This document shows, piece after piece, positions 18,548 through 28,835 of a DNA stretch of 64,000 bases. The stretch is from positions 17,799 through 81,798 of the forward strand of contig CAZYCQ010000009.1 in assembly GCA_964645535.1 (NCBI GenBank), given 5' to 3'. A program made the translations under genes and the position numbers. The DNA is from an uncultured archaeon (lineage in GTDB: Archaea > Asgardarchaeota > Heimdallarchaeia > Heimdallarchaeales > Kariarchaeaceae). The notes under the pieces were generated by a model that saw only the letters and a program-made list of their open reading frames with translations, had not been told where the DNA came from and searched no databases. Positions within the stretch are counted from its first letter, which is position 1; every line of letters starts with the position of its first letter.

Positions 18548-19285
18548 ATGGGAATTCATACCCTTGTTGTCGCACATAGGGGTTATGCTCCTGCATCAAT
18601 TCATCAAAATAGCCTAGAAGCCTTCAAATTGGCGGAAAGGTATGGGGCAAAAGCAATTGAATTCGACATTCGCATGACCAAGGATCATGAACTTGTGATT
18701 TTCCATGATCCATTCTATTGGAATGGAAATGGTTTTCGAAGGGTTCCTTCAGTAACATTGGATGAATTCCGTGAGACATTTGACAACAATCGTGCACCAA
18801 CCTTCTCCTCCCTCTGCAAAGAAATTGACCGACGAATCAAATTTTTCATAGAGCTGAAACCCACACCCTTTCCAGATCGTTTGATCAAAATTTTAGAATC
18901 CCATATTCCCACTGACCGCGAAATCCTTATCCTAACCTACAAACAACATATCTTGAAGAAGTTGAACCAAACCGGTTTGCCTTCTGGTCTTCACTATATT
19001 AATCCATTCAAGGACAATATTGCACGCGCAAAAAAGTATGGGGCCATAGCCCTTTCTCCGATATATTGGGTGGTTAATTCAACAACTGTCAAAAAGATTC
19101 AAAATTCAGGACTTGAAATTTATCCATGGACCGTAAATAAACCTGTTTTCATCAAAACATTGATTGACTGGGGTGTCGATGGGATTTACACCAATAATTT
19201 CCCAGTTGCAAAAACTCTGCTAGAGACTAGTGATAGTTTGGGAAAACAAATGCTCCAAAATAGTGCGGTTTATAATACCCGTTGA
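18548..19285 (+). CDS. Glycerophosphodiester phosphodiesterase
   Basis: AHRG, NSLEAF, IEFDIRMTKD, FHD, IELK, WTVN, GVDGIYTN. Confidence 0.93.
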   Translation: MGIHTLVVAHRGYAPASIHQNSLEAFKLAERYGAKAIEFDIRMTKDHELVIFHDPFYWNGNGFRRVPSVTLDEFRETFDNNRAPTFSSLCKEIDRRIKFFIELKPTPFPDRLIKILESHIPTDREILILTYKQHILKKLNQTGLPSGLHYINPFKDNIARAKKYGAIALSPIYWVVNSTTVKKIQNSGLEIYPWTVNKPVFIKTLIDWGVDGIYTNNFPVAKTLLETSDSLGKQMLQNSAVYNTR

Positions 19286-19300
19286 AAAAGCAAGAGAATA

Positions 19301-21130
19301 ATGAAAAAACAATTTTTTATCGTCCTAATTCTGTTGGTTGGTGTTTTACCGACATCTTCCATACAGTTTTCCTCTAAAGAAAGTATTCAAATCTTCAAAA
19401 ATCCTGAAACTGAATATCACTGGATCTGGGATGATCTTCTTGATCCAAATTTACCTGCAACTATTGCTGGTGATGATTCAGTCTATTGGGGATCGTCTCT
19501 AGGTCCATACTTCAATAGCACTGAAACAATTGCCAAATTACAACTTGCTGCTGAACAATTTCCTTCAGTAGCAAAATATGTCAAAATAGGTGAATCGTAT
19601 CTTGGAAAAGAGATCGGTGCTGTCCGTCTTTCTCTCCCCATTGAAACCCCGATGGCAGTTAAATATGAGTTTGCTCTTGTAGGGGCACACCATGCCAGAG
19701 AGGCAATAACTGTTGTGGATTCATTGTTTTTCATGGATCGGCTTCTCTATAATTATCTAAATGGTGATCCATGGACTATCCAGTTGCTTTCACAAGCGGA
19801 GATTTATATTGTGCCATTGCTAAATCCTGATGGCTTGGATCACACTGCCATATCTCCTTGGCAAAGGAAAAACATGCATCCTTTCGATGAGGATGGGGAT
19901 GGTTTTTCTGAAGATGAGTTTGAAATTAAGGATGTCAATGGGGATAACTATGTTGAAGAATACTATGACCCTGATTTGGGAATGTGGATCTACGAATCAA
20001 TTGACGGTATGGACAATGACACCTCTCATGGTGAAGATAACCCTGGAGGGGTTGACTTAAATAGAAACTATCCGTTCGAATTTATGGGTCCAGGGTCTTC
20101 TTCAGATCCCCGGGATGATACATATCGTGGTCCAGCCCCCCTCTCAGAACCTGAGACGCAATCTTGGGCTCGTTTTGCACAACAACACCATTTCTTTACA
20201 TCCCTTTCATTGCATTCCGGGATTCAAGCAATTATTTATCCGTGGGGATATACTTCCTTACCGCCACCCGACGAAGATGTTTTCGTTGCCATAAGCAATG
20301 TTCTCAAGGGACTTTCAGGTTTTCCCACTTGGGATGAAGTCGGTGGCTATGGTGTTAATGGTGAATGGGGTGATTGGATGTATGGGGAACTTGATTCACT
20401 TGCATTTACGATCGAAACCTTTGGAAATTCCAGATCCTATAGGCAAATCCGAACAGTACGAGGAATTGATCGATATGGAGGGATATGGAATTATTTCAAT
20501 CCGGAACCTGGAAATATCTATGAAACCACTGTTGGTGGTGTCCAACCCATGATCGATTTTTTGGCTTCTGTTCCTCTCCAGGGAATTGTTCCCACTGAGT
20601 TCACTATTCCCCAAATAAGCATGCAATCAAATTCCACTCATATTTCGGTCACATTGCATATCAACACAACTCGGAATGATCTTATTGTCTCATTTGAAAG
20701 TGAAAACCAAACAGATCTGGGATGGTATCCATTGCAAGAGATCCAAGTCAATTCAAGTATTCCGCAATATGAGATCACGGCACAAAAAATTGATGTGCCA
20801 ACTAGGATCTATGTTGGAACACTTTCTCAAGGATTTTCTTTCTATTTTGATACATCTTTGGCTGAAACAAATGGAACCTTTTCCCTTTCTCCAATCAATG
20901 GAACAAATGGTCCAGTTGACGTAGGGGTTCCTCCCGAACCAGTATCTGAAACCACAAGTACGGTTGTATCTTCACAAAATTATTCAACTTCTACAGTTTC
21001 CTCATTTACAAATATTACGTCAGAATCTTTAGTTTCATCTGAAGTTTCCATCCAACTTTTAGTGCTTCCTATTTCTCTATCTTCCGTGATGATCGTCCGT
21101 CGAAGACAACGGGTTCAAAAGAACGCATAA
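19301..21130 (+). CDS. Secreted M14 zinc carboxypeptidase with DxDxDG Ca-binding insert and C-terminal anchor
   Basis: Signal peptide; HHARE, NPDG, RKN, GVDLNRNY, SEPET, LHS, FTIE; Ser/Thr linker; hydrophobic tail followed by RRRQR. Confidence 0.92.
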   Translation: MKKQFFIVLILLVGVLPTSSIQFSSKESIQIFKNPETEYHWIWDDLLDPNLPATIAGDDSVYWGSSLGPYFNSTETIAKLQLAAEQFPSVAKYVKIGESYLGKEIGAVRLSLPIETPMAVKYEFALVGAHHAREAITVVDSLFFMDRLLYNYLNGDPWTIQLLSQAEIYIVPLLNPDGLDHTAISPWQRKNMHPFDEDGDGFSEDEFEIKDVNGDNYVEEYYDPDLGMWIYESIDGMDNDTSHGEDNPGGVDLNRNYPFEFMGPGSSSDPRDDTYRGPAPLSEPETQSWARFAQQHHFFTSLSLHSGIQAIIYPWGYTSLPPPDEDVFVAISNVLKGLSGFPTWDEVGGYGVNGEWGDWMYGELDSLAFTIETFGNSRSYRQIRTVRGIDRYGGIWNYFNPEPGNIYETTVGGVQPMIDFLASVPLQGIVPTEFTIPQISMQSNSTHISVTLHINTTRNDLIVSFESENQTDLGWYPLQEIQVNSSIPQYEITAQKIDVPTRIYVGTLSQGFSFYFDTSLAETNGTFSLSPINGTNGPVDVGVPPEPVSETTSTVVSSQNYSTSTVSSFTNITSESLVSSEVSIQLLVLPISLSSVMIVRRRQRVQKNA

Positions 21131-21197
21131 ACTCGTTTTATCGTCCACATCATAACAAAGTTTATATATTTGAAATCAAATTTCCAAGAAGGAGAGT

Positions 21198-21794
21198 TTG
21201 CAGATGAGGTTTGGGACTAGGGTGAATCATATCGATGCTGACAAAGACCTTTTTGAAATTGCCCTTAATGAGAAAAATGAGATCATCAGGGAAGCTGCTG
21301 TCTACAAAATCAAAAAACAATACTATCTTTACAGACTGGTCAAGGAATCAACAGATGAATTGGTTCGATTGATTGCAGTGGATCGACTAAAGAATGAAGA
21401 GTACCTGAAGAAATTGGCGAAAACGGTTACTGACAAGACCCTTTTAGTTCTTATTCTTGAAAAAATTGACGATACCGAATTTCTTGAAAGATTTGCGGGA
21501 AATGATGATTTAAATATTCAAAGAGCTGTTGTGAAAAAGATCTCAAACCAAAATATTCTCAAGCATTTGGCACTGACCTCTTCAGATGATCTTGTCCGCA
21601 AACGGGCTGTTGAACGAATAACTGATGAGTATTTTCTTAAAGACGTTTTTCTTTCAGATCCTTCTTTCTTGGTGCAAAGTACTGCCTTGAAACATATCAC
21701 TTCCGAAGATATTCTTTCAGAATTACGACTTACCGTTCCTGATGAATTAATACCCACTCTTGCAGAGCATATTTCTGAAACTATTGACCATTAA
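21198..21794 (+). CDS. HEAT/LRV-like repeat protein, likely paralogue of 13337-13822
   Basis: Repeats D.LVR..AV..I.D...L..LA. Confidence 0.75.
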   Translation: MQMRFGTRVNHIDADKDLFEIALNEKNEIIREAAVYKIKKQYYLYRLVKESTDELVRLIAVDRLKNEEYLKKLAKTVTDKTLLVLILEKIDDTEFLERFAGNDDLNIQRAVVKKISNQNILKHLALTSSDDLVRKRAVERITDEYFLKDVFLSDPSFLVQSTALKHITSEDILSELRLTVPDELIPTLAEHISETIDH

Positions 21795-21841
21795 TTGTCT
21801 GATCCCATCATTGAAATTTTAAAATTATCTCAAAACTTTCC

Positions 21842-22999
21842 ATGATGACAAAATATGTCGTGTTTGGTTTAGGCATGATGGGAGAGGCAATATGCTATGA
21901 TCTTCTGTCATTCGACAACAAGGATGTTTTGGGTTTGGAAAAAGACAATGGGCGGATTGACACTGTCAAAAAACGTCTGTCTCAATTTGGAGATCGTTTT
22001 TCTGCAATTCCATTTGATGTCACTTCATATACTGTTGAAAACCTTGCAGAATTTTTAAGGGAACAAAATGCAATTTTGGCCTTCGGAGCAATTGATTACA
22101 GCTTCAATCTTTTCCTTACTGAGGCTTGCATTAAGGCAGGCACTCATTTTCTTGATCTCGGTGGTAATCCAACAATAGTCAGCCAACAGCATTCATTGGA
22201 CAAATTGGCGAAAAACAAAGGTGTTACGATCATTCCTGATTGTGGTTTGGCTCCTGGAATGGTAAATATTATTGCAGCAGGAATGATAAACGAATTTGAA
22301 GCAGTTGATTCCTGTAAGATAAGAGTTGGTGGTCTCCCTCAAGAACCTAGGACTATGCTGAAATATCAACAGGTCTTCTCGATCAGGGGTTTGACAAATG
22401 AATATTTGGAGGACGCAAAAGTCATACGCAATGGGAAGATCATGACTGTTCCCTCATTAACTGAAGTCGAAACGTTGGAATTTCCTGAACCATGGGGTGA
22501 ACTTGAGGCATTCCAAACCGCGGGCGGTACTTCTTCACTTCCTTCAATCTATGAAGGGAAGATCAAAGAATTGGATTACAAGACCATTCGATATAGGGGT
22601 CACGTGCAATTTTTCCAATTTCTAAAAGAATTTGGATTCCTTTCTGAACATGAAATCGGTGGAGTAATCCCAAGAGCATTTACGGAACAATTGCTTCAAA
22701 CGTATCTTCCCAAAGATGAACCTGATGCTGTCCTTGCCCGCATCGTTGTAAAAGGAAACAAGGGAGGTAGAAAACATACTGATAAACTCCAATTGATTGA
22801 TCTCATGGATCCGAAAACTGGTTTTTCCGCAATGGCTAGAACAACAGCCTTCCCCATCAGCATCATCGGTCAAATGGTGGTTGAAGGAAGAATAAAGATG
22901 AAAGGAGTAATTCCTGGAGAAATTGCAGTTCCATACTCTCAATTTTTACAGGAGCTCGAAAAAAGGGATATCTGCTTTGAGAAAACCAGTGAATTTTAA
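21842..22999 (+). CDS. Saccharopine dehydrogenase / lysine 6-dehydrogenase family
   Basis: GLGMMG, DCGLAPG, VGGLP, NEY, YKTIRYRGH, AMARTTAF. Confidence 0.9.
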   Translation: MMTKYVVFGLGMMGEAICYDLLSFDNKDVLGLEKDNGRIDTVKKRLSQFGDRFSAIPFDVTSYTVENLAEFLREQNAILAFGAIDYSFNLFLTEACIKAGTHFLDLGGNPTIVSQQHSLDKLAKNKGVTIIPDCGLAPGMVNIIAAGMINEFEAVDSCKIRVGGLPQEPRTMLKYQQVFSIRGLTNEYLEDAKVIRNGKIMTVPSLTEVETLEFPEPWGELEAFQTAGGTSSLPSIYEGKIKELDYKTIRYRGHVQFFQFLKEFGFLSEHEIGGVIPRAFTEQLLQTYLPKDEPDAVLARIVVKGNKGGRKHTDKLQLIDLMDPKTGFSAMARTTAFPISIIGQMVVEGRIKMKGVIPGEIAVPYSQFLQELEKRDICFEKTSEF

Positions 23000-23062
23000 A
23001 GCGGAGAGACTAGCCAAGGGAACATCATAATGTTTTAAACAATATCTAACTAATATCGAACA

Positions 23063-24568
23063 ATGAAAAGGATAGGATTAATCTCATTTACCCTGTTCGC
23101 ACTCATGTTGCTTTCTACAAGCAACATTTCTGTTGTTGCGGATACCATTCCAGTTAAGGTGGTTACTCCACAACAGTCGAATGTACTGACGATTGCCACA
23201 CGGCATGACAGCATAATCTATACTGCATTTGCAGAAGAATTTGCAAAGTCCTCTTATGGCCAATCTGTCGGTATTACCGATCCGTCTCAAGTTCATTTCT
23301 TGACACCCACCACATTTGAGGCTTTCTACAAGGCAATGACTGATCCAACTTTTGCCGTAAGCCTTGGTTGGGGTGGAGGCCCTACTCTTTTCAATAACCT
23401 TATTGCTGAAGGTGCGGTTTCACCCATTACTGACCCTACTACTGTAGCTGCTATCAATGATGCCGTTCCTGACACTCTTGCAGGTGCTGAAATGAAAAAG
23501 TTCGATGACAATGGCGACATGCTTTGGGCGGCAAATGCCATTTCCTCATTCGGTTTTACAGTCAACCATGATGTCCTTGAAGCAAGGAACCTTACCGTTC
23601 CAAAAACTTGGGAGGATCTTGCAAGCCCTGACTTCTTTACGAATTTGGCGCAACCGAATGTTGGTATGGGAAATGCCCCTGACACTACCAGCAATACCCG
23701 AATTTACCAAATCATCCTTCAACGTTATGGTTGGGATCGTGGATGGGAAATTATTTATCAAATGGCTGCCAATGGAAAAATCTATGGTGGTTCTGTTGAA
23801 ACAAGATCTTCCGTGATTGAAGGCGAAGTGGCTGCTGCAATGACCATTGACTTCTACGGAGTCATTGCAATGCAGGAAAACCCTCGAACCGAATACATTG
23901 TTCCAGAAAATGCCTCAATCGTCAATGGTGATCCGATTGCCATGGCAAAGAACCCTGCAAATCCTGATGCTGCAAATGCCTTTCTCCAATTTCTCTTCTC
24001 TAAAGAAGGTCAATCAATTTGGTTGAGGGACAATATCAACAGGCTACCTATAAGGGAAGATGCCTTTGACACTCCTATTGGTCAAACACGTCCCGACATT
24101 CATGATCTTTACAATAGGACACTTTCCAACCAAGGGATTGAATTTAATGAGAGTTTGGCACTTTCCTTGGAGGAACCCATGCGATCTCACTTCGAAGCAA
24201 CGATAACGGATGTACACACCAAACATCGAAACACGTGGAACCTGATGATTCAAGGACTACGAAGTGGAAACTTGACTGAGGAAAAATTTGAAGAACTCCG
24301 CAAAGAATTCACCAAGCCCGCTATGACCATGGAGGAGGCAATTGCTATGAATGATCAGTTCCTCTCCGATCAATCATTCCAAAGAGATAAGAAGAAAGAA
24401 TGGAGGGACTTCGCAAATTCAAAACTGGATTCCATCAGTAATGAACTGGGTGGACAAGGTATTTCTGATACACAGGTCACCAATGTTCCCTATCCCTCCG
24501 TTGGTTTCATATTTGCCTTCCTCAATCTGGTCATGGCTATCTTCATCACACGAAAACGAAAGAATTAA
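23063..24568 (+). CDS. ABC transporter substrate-binding protein (Fe3+/AfuA-like family), C-terminally anchored
   Basis: Signal peptide; WGGG, PKTWEDL, IDFYG, DPIA; tail PYPSVGFIFAFLNLVMAIFITRKRKN. Confidence 0.85.
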   Translation: MKRIGLISFTLFALMLLSTSNISVVADTIPVKVVTPQQSNVLTIATRHDSIIYTAFAEEFAKSSYGQSVGITDPSQVHFLTPTTFEAFYKAMTDPTFAVSLGWGGGPTLFNNLIAEGAVSPITDPTTVAAINDAVPDTLAGAEMKKFDDNGDMLWAANAISSFGFTVNHDVLEARNLTVPKTWEDLASPDFFTNLAQPNVGMGNAPDTTSNTRIYQIILQRYGWDRGWEIIYQMAANGKIYGGSVETRSSVIEGEVAAAMTIDFYGVIAMQENPRTEYIVPENASIVNGDPIAMAKNPANPDAANAFLQFLFSKEGQSIWLRDNINRLPIREDAFDTPIGQTRPDIHDLYNRTLSNQGIEFNESLALSLEEPMRSHFEATITDVHTKHRNTWNLMIQGLRSGNLTEEKFEELRKEFTKPAMTMEEAIAMNDQFLSDQSFQRDKKKEWRDFANSKLDSISNELGGQGISDTQVTNVPYPSVGFIFAFLNLVMAIFITRKRKN

Positions 24569-24630
24569 TTGACATTACCTTAATTTCATTCATTTTCTAG
24601 AGCTTGAAAAGAAGAATTATAAAATAGTGA

Positions 24631-26526
24631 TTGACAGACCAATTAGCCGATTTGGTGCCCGCAATGATGACAAGAGAAAAAATGTCAACAGTTTTTGAGA
24701 GAGTATTTGGAAAAATCAAAACCCAATTCCGAAATGATCCCCTTTCATGGTCCGTTATCTTTGGCATTTCTGGATTTTTCTTCATATTTTTGGTTTTGCC
24801 CTTGATTTACGTGACAATAAATGCGGTCTATTTCCATGGGAGAGTTAGCCTTGAAGTTTTTGGAGATGTATTTTCAGATCCAAAATTTTTTGATCCTTCC
24901 CCTTCCCCTGATGAATATTTTATTCAAATATTCAATCCAGAAGGTGGTGGTCCAACCGTAATAACTACTTCTGGATTTGATTTCGGTATTATTCTTAACA
25001 CTCTGATCATTGGATTTGCAACAACTTTACTTTCATTGTTTTTGGGCATCTTGACTGCATTTCTGATGGCTCGTGTGGACTTTCCCGGCAAACGAATCAT
25101 CAGCGGGCTTCTACTCATTCCCCTTGTTCTCCCTCCATTTGTAAGTGGAATTGGATTTCGGGCATTGTTTGGTCCAGAAATCGGTCTAATCAATAATAAA
25201 TTTCTGATTCCCTTGTTCGGTTTTGAACTTCGGCTAGAAGGACTTGTTGCCATTATTTTGGTTCAATCACTCCACTATTTCACATTGATTTATCTCAACG
25301 TCTTTTCCGCCCTAATGAATGCTGATCCTTCAATGGAAGAAAGTGCCGAAAATTTGGGTGCAGATCGGCTGACCGTCACCCGCAAGGTGACCATCCCTCT
25401 TGCTATGCCCGGCATCATTTCCGGAAGTATTCTGGTCTTCATTTTGGCAATGGAGGATCTTGGTACTCCAATTATTTTTGCGGGTTTCGGTGATTCTGTT
25501 GCCAAGTCAACTGTCACATATTACATCAGTACAAATATCTTTGCAAGCCCCGAATCAAGCGAGATTGTACAAGATAGTGCTGCCCTCGGTGTTATCCTTC
25601 TAATCTCTGCAATCATTGGTTTCGTTTTCCTAAGAAAATATGTATCTTTAAGAGAGTATTCAATGGTCAGTAAGGGTCGTGCTGGTGAATTCAGAACCTT
25701 CAAAACTGGTGTTCTTTCTAGGGTGGTTATCTATCTATATTTCATGTTTCTTCTCTTTATTTCAACATTGCCTCATATCGGAATCATTTACAAATCCTTT
25801 ACAACAGCAGGGGAAGGAAAATTCACCTTGGAATTTTACCAAGTGATTTTTTCATCAAGTGAATCCAGCGGTCTAGCCATGAACCTTCGCAATACCCTTG
25901 TTTATAGTGGTGTTGCCACTGTTCTCATCGTAATTTTAGCGACCCTTGCGGGTTATGTTGCCAACAGGAAGAAATTCTATGGGCAAGGGATCTTTGACAC
26001 CCTAGTCACCATACCTATTGCTATTCCTGGAATTGTGTTGGGTATCGGTTTCATAAGGATGTTCGGGAGTTTCCCCACCAATTGGGGAATTTTCACGTTA
26101 AATCCCCTTGCATTCCCGCCAACACTTCTTATTATAAGCTATACCGTTAGGAAATTCCCGTTCACGGTACGGGCCGTCTTTGCGGGACTTCAACAGACAA
26201 ATGTGGTTCTGGAGGAAGCTGCGGAAAATCTTGGAGCTTCTAAGCCTCGCGTGCTTTCCCGGGTCATCATTCCCTTGATTGCCATGAACATTGTTGGAGG
26301 TGCCTTGGTTTCAATGGTATATACCATGAGTGAGGTGAGTACGACCTTGATACTCATCACTCAACCAAATTATGGGAACATAGTTTACAAACTGGCCGAT
26401 ATCTCCACAGGAAAGATTGGTGTTTTTGCGGCTCTCGGTGTTTTATTGATGATACTTCAGTCGATTAGCCTGATTGCAACCAACTTCCTTCTAAGGAATA
26501 GGGCAGAGGCTCTCACAGGAATTTAA
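24631..26526 (+). CDS. ABC transporter permease (fused double, FbpB-like)
   Basis: Two EAA loops (EESAENLGA, EEAAENLGA), PPFV, many TM helices. Confidence 0.93.
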   Translation: MTDQLADLVPAMMTREKMSTVFERVFGKIKTQFRNDPLSWSVIFGISGFFFIFLVLPLIYVTINAVYFHGRVSLEVFGDVFSDPKFFDPSPSPDEYFIQIFNPEGGGPTVITTSGFDFGIILNTLIIGFATTLLSLFLGILTAFLMARVDFPGKRIISGLLLIPLVLPPFVSGIGFRALFGPEIGLINNKFLIPLFGFELRLEGLVAIILVQSLHYFTLIYLNVFSALMNADPSMEESAENLGADRLTVTRKVTIPLAMPGIISGSILVFILAMEDLGTPIIFAGFGDSVAKSTVTYYISTNIFASPESSEIVQDSAALGVILLISAIIGFVFLRKYVSLREYSMVSKGRAGEFRTFKTGVLSRVVIYLYFMFLLFISTLPHIGIIYKSFTTAGEGKFTLEFYQVIFSSSESSGLAMNLRNTLVYSGVATVLIVILATLAGYVANRKKFYGQGIFDTLVTIPIAIPGIVLGIGFIRMFGSFPTNWGIFTLNPLAFPPTLLIISYTVRKFPFTVRAVFAGLQQTNVVLEEAAENLGASKPRVLSRVIIPLIAMNIVGGALVSMVYTMSEVSTTLILITQPNYGNIVYKLADISTGKIGVFAALGVLLMILQSISLIATNFLLRNRAEALTGI

Positions 26527-26527
26527 G

Positions 26528-27613
26528 GTGGTACGAATGGTCGAGCTCACACTCAAAAATGTCAATATTTTTTATGATGATTTTCATGCCGTGAAGGATG
26601 TCAACCTCACGGTCAACGATTCTGAAATAGTAACTCTTTTAGGGCCAAGTGGTTGTGGAAAAACAACCCTGCTCCGTTCAATCGCAGGTTTCATCATTCC
26701 TAAATCTGGAAAGATTTTGGTCAATGGTGAGGACATCACGGAAGTGCCCCCCCGAAAACGAGAAATGGGCATGATTTTCCAAAACTATGCTCTCTGGCCC
26801 CACATGACCATTGAGGAAAATGTAGGCTTCGGTCTTAAAATAAGAGGTGTTCCCACAGAAGAAATCAGGAAAAAGGTTGCACAATTACTGAAACAGGTAC
26901 AACTTGAAGGACAGGAGAAAAAATACCCAACACAGCTCAGTGGCGGTCAACAGCAACGTGTTGCACTTATTCGTGCTCTAGCCATCGAACCTGTTGTCCT
27001 TCTGTGTGATGAACCTCTTTCCAACTTAGACTATAAATTAAGAGTCGAACTTCGAACTGAAATCCGAGATGTTGCAAAACGAGTTGGCGTTACTGTCGTT
27101 TATGTAACTCATGACCAGACTGAGGCTTTGGCAATTTCAGACCGAATTGCAGTTATCAATAAAGGTCAGATAGAACAGGTTGGCACTCCTCTAGAGATTT
27201 TTCACGATCCTGAAAATCTCTTTGTTGCCACGTTCATTGGCGAATCAAATGTCCTCCAAGGAACTGTGGAAGAGCAATCCGATGAGGGTGTGAAGATCAG
27301 GCTTGATGCTGGCGGGATTGTTACTGTCCCCATAACCGCTGTATCCAAAGGTGAAAAAGTTACTGTAATGACCAGATATGATGGCTTTTCCCTCGGCGAA
27401 GGAACAAATACTTTTTCCGGAATAGTTAAGCATAAGTCTTTTATGGGTACCTACATGCAGTTTGAAATTGAATTGCAACCAAATGTCACCATCTTCTACA
27501 ACGAACCAGATGCTATAGCGGTGAAGGATATAAATGAAGGTGACAATATTTCTGTCTCAATGCCAAGTGACCAAATCCTAGTCTTCGATTCTGAAGGGAA
27601 ACGAATACGGTGA
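26528..27613 (+). CDS. ABC transporter ATP-binding protein (FbpC/PotA-like) with TOBE domain
   Basis: GPSGCGKTT, LSGGQQQR, DEPLSNLD, VTHDQ. Confidence 0.96.
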   Translation: MVRMVELTLKNVNIFYDDFHAVKDVNLTVNDSEIVTLLGPSGCGKTTLLRSIAGFIIPKSGKILVNGEDITEVPPRKREMGMIFQNYALWPHMTIEENVGFGLKIRGVPTEEIRKKVAQLLKQVQLEGQEKKYPTQLSGGQQQRVALIRALAIEPVVLLCDEPLSNLDYKLRVELRTEIRDVAKRVGVTVVYVTHDQTEALAISDRIAVINKGQIEQVGTPLEIFHDPENLFVATFIGESNVLQGTVEEQSDEGVKIRLDAGGIVTVPITAVSKGEKVTVMTRYDGFSLGEGTNTFSGIVKHKSFMGTYMQFEIELQPNVTIFYNEPDAIAVKDINEGDNISVSMPSDQILVFDSEGKRIR

Positions 27614-28086
27614 AAAATATGAAGACAGTTTTTGTCAAAGAGTTAAGCATGTGGCTTTATGACCAACTCATTACTCTTTGGACGGAAGCCAATCTTCCAT
27701 TCAAACCTAAAGGAAGGGACAGTTATCGATCTCTAAGCAATCGGCTGGAACAAACCAGTACATGGTTGATGGTGGCCATTGATGATACCGATAATATACA
27801 TGAGCTTGAACTTAAGGATGGGTTAATTGGAGCAGTCATTGTCACTCATGACGGGCAAAGGGGATGGATCAACCGATTGGCAATCCATCCAAAACACAGA
27901 AAGAAAGGTTATGCAAAACACCTTCTCGAAAAATGTGAACAATTCCTCAGAACCCAGGGCATTTACCTTTTTGCAGCATTGGTGGAAAAAACCAATGTCC
28001 CTTCATTGAACCTGTTTCAATCCTCCGGATACAGGGTGCATGATGAACTTTTGTACCTCTCCAAACGCGATTCAATGGATTACTGA
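27610..28086 (+). CDS. GNAT acetyltransferase (YpeA-like)
   Basis: HDGQRGWINRLAIHPKHRKKGYA, N..SLNLF...GY. Confidence 0.9.
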   Translation: MKNMKTVFVKELSMWLYDQLITLWTEANLPFKPKGRDSYRSLSNRLEQTSTWLMVAIDDTDNIHELELKDGLIGAVIVTHDGQRGWINRLAIHPKHRKKGYAKHLLEKCEQFLRTQGIYLFAALVEKTNVPSLNLFQSSGYRVHDELLYLSKRDSMDY

Positions 28087-28429
28087 AAAAGGAAAAATAT
28101 TCCTACGAATAGTCAAAGAATAGAATGCTTAGTTTGTCTCTACGTTTTCCGTAAAAAAATAAGTCTTTGAGATGTCGTCTAAAAGGGCAGATATTGATGA
28201 TTTCCGCCATTTTGTCCATTTTTGTCCATCGGTTACACATTTGTCCACTAGACTTAATGTAATTCGGAAAGAATCTAAGAATGTCGAACGAAACCCTTGA
28301 AAATCGTTCGCCGTCTCCATTGTTTGTTCAGGGTCGAGTTCTCTCGGCCTACTTAAAATGAATGAGCTACTGCAATGTATTTTTTGTTCTTAAAACAATA
28401 ATTATCTACTCGAATCCTTTCTCAAACAT

Positions 28430-28834
28430 ATGGAAAGAACGCTCCAACGCTTTGACTTTTCTGGTATCCCAACCAAAGATGGTTATAGTTTGAATTTAAG
28501 TGGAATCGTAAGTCGCTTGGAAGGGTTAAATGGCTCATTCGAAAGGTTGCAGAACATTTTCTCTAATTTTTTTTCGAGATATGATCTCATGGATCTTCTT
28601 CCAATAATCGAAGAAAGAAATGAAACTGGATTGGTCTTAACAAATGAGATTAAAACAAAATGCCAAGAAGAAGGTCTTCCTGTAAAAGAGCTCAAAATAA
28701 TTATTTTATCGACCTCACGTAATGGATTGGTTTCATCTTCTGGTGGCTCATCCCAAAAGTTTGATACAAAACAACTCGAAAATATGACTGTCAAGAAGAA
28801 AAAGTCTATCTTCTCCAAACTGTTCAGAAGGTGA
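28430..28834 (+). CDS. Hypothetical protein with a divergent SPFH/band-7-like domain and a basic amphipathic C-terminus
   Basis: PTKDGYSLNLSGIV; DLMDLL...R...L...I...GLPVKELKI; ends KKKKSIFSKLFRR. Confidence 0.45.
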   Translation: MERTLQRFDFSGIPTKDGYSLNLSGIVSRLEGLNGSFERLQNIFSNFFSRYDLMDLLPIIEERNETGLVLTNEIKTKCQEEGLPVKELKIIILSTSRNGLVSSSGGSSQKFDTKQLENMTVKKKKSIFSKLFRR

Positions 28835-28835
28835 T

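Noticed and set aside
28240-28248. TTGTCCAC as a DnaA box / replication origin
   Set aside because: Archaeal origins use ORB elements near orc1/cdc6; neither is seen here.
28129-28320. 63-aa minus-strand ORF
   Set aside because: No recognisable motif or RBS; cannot be supported as a gene.
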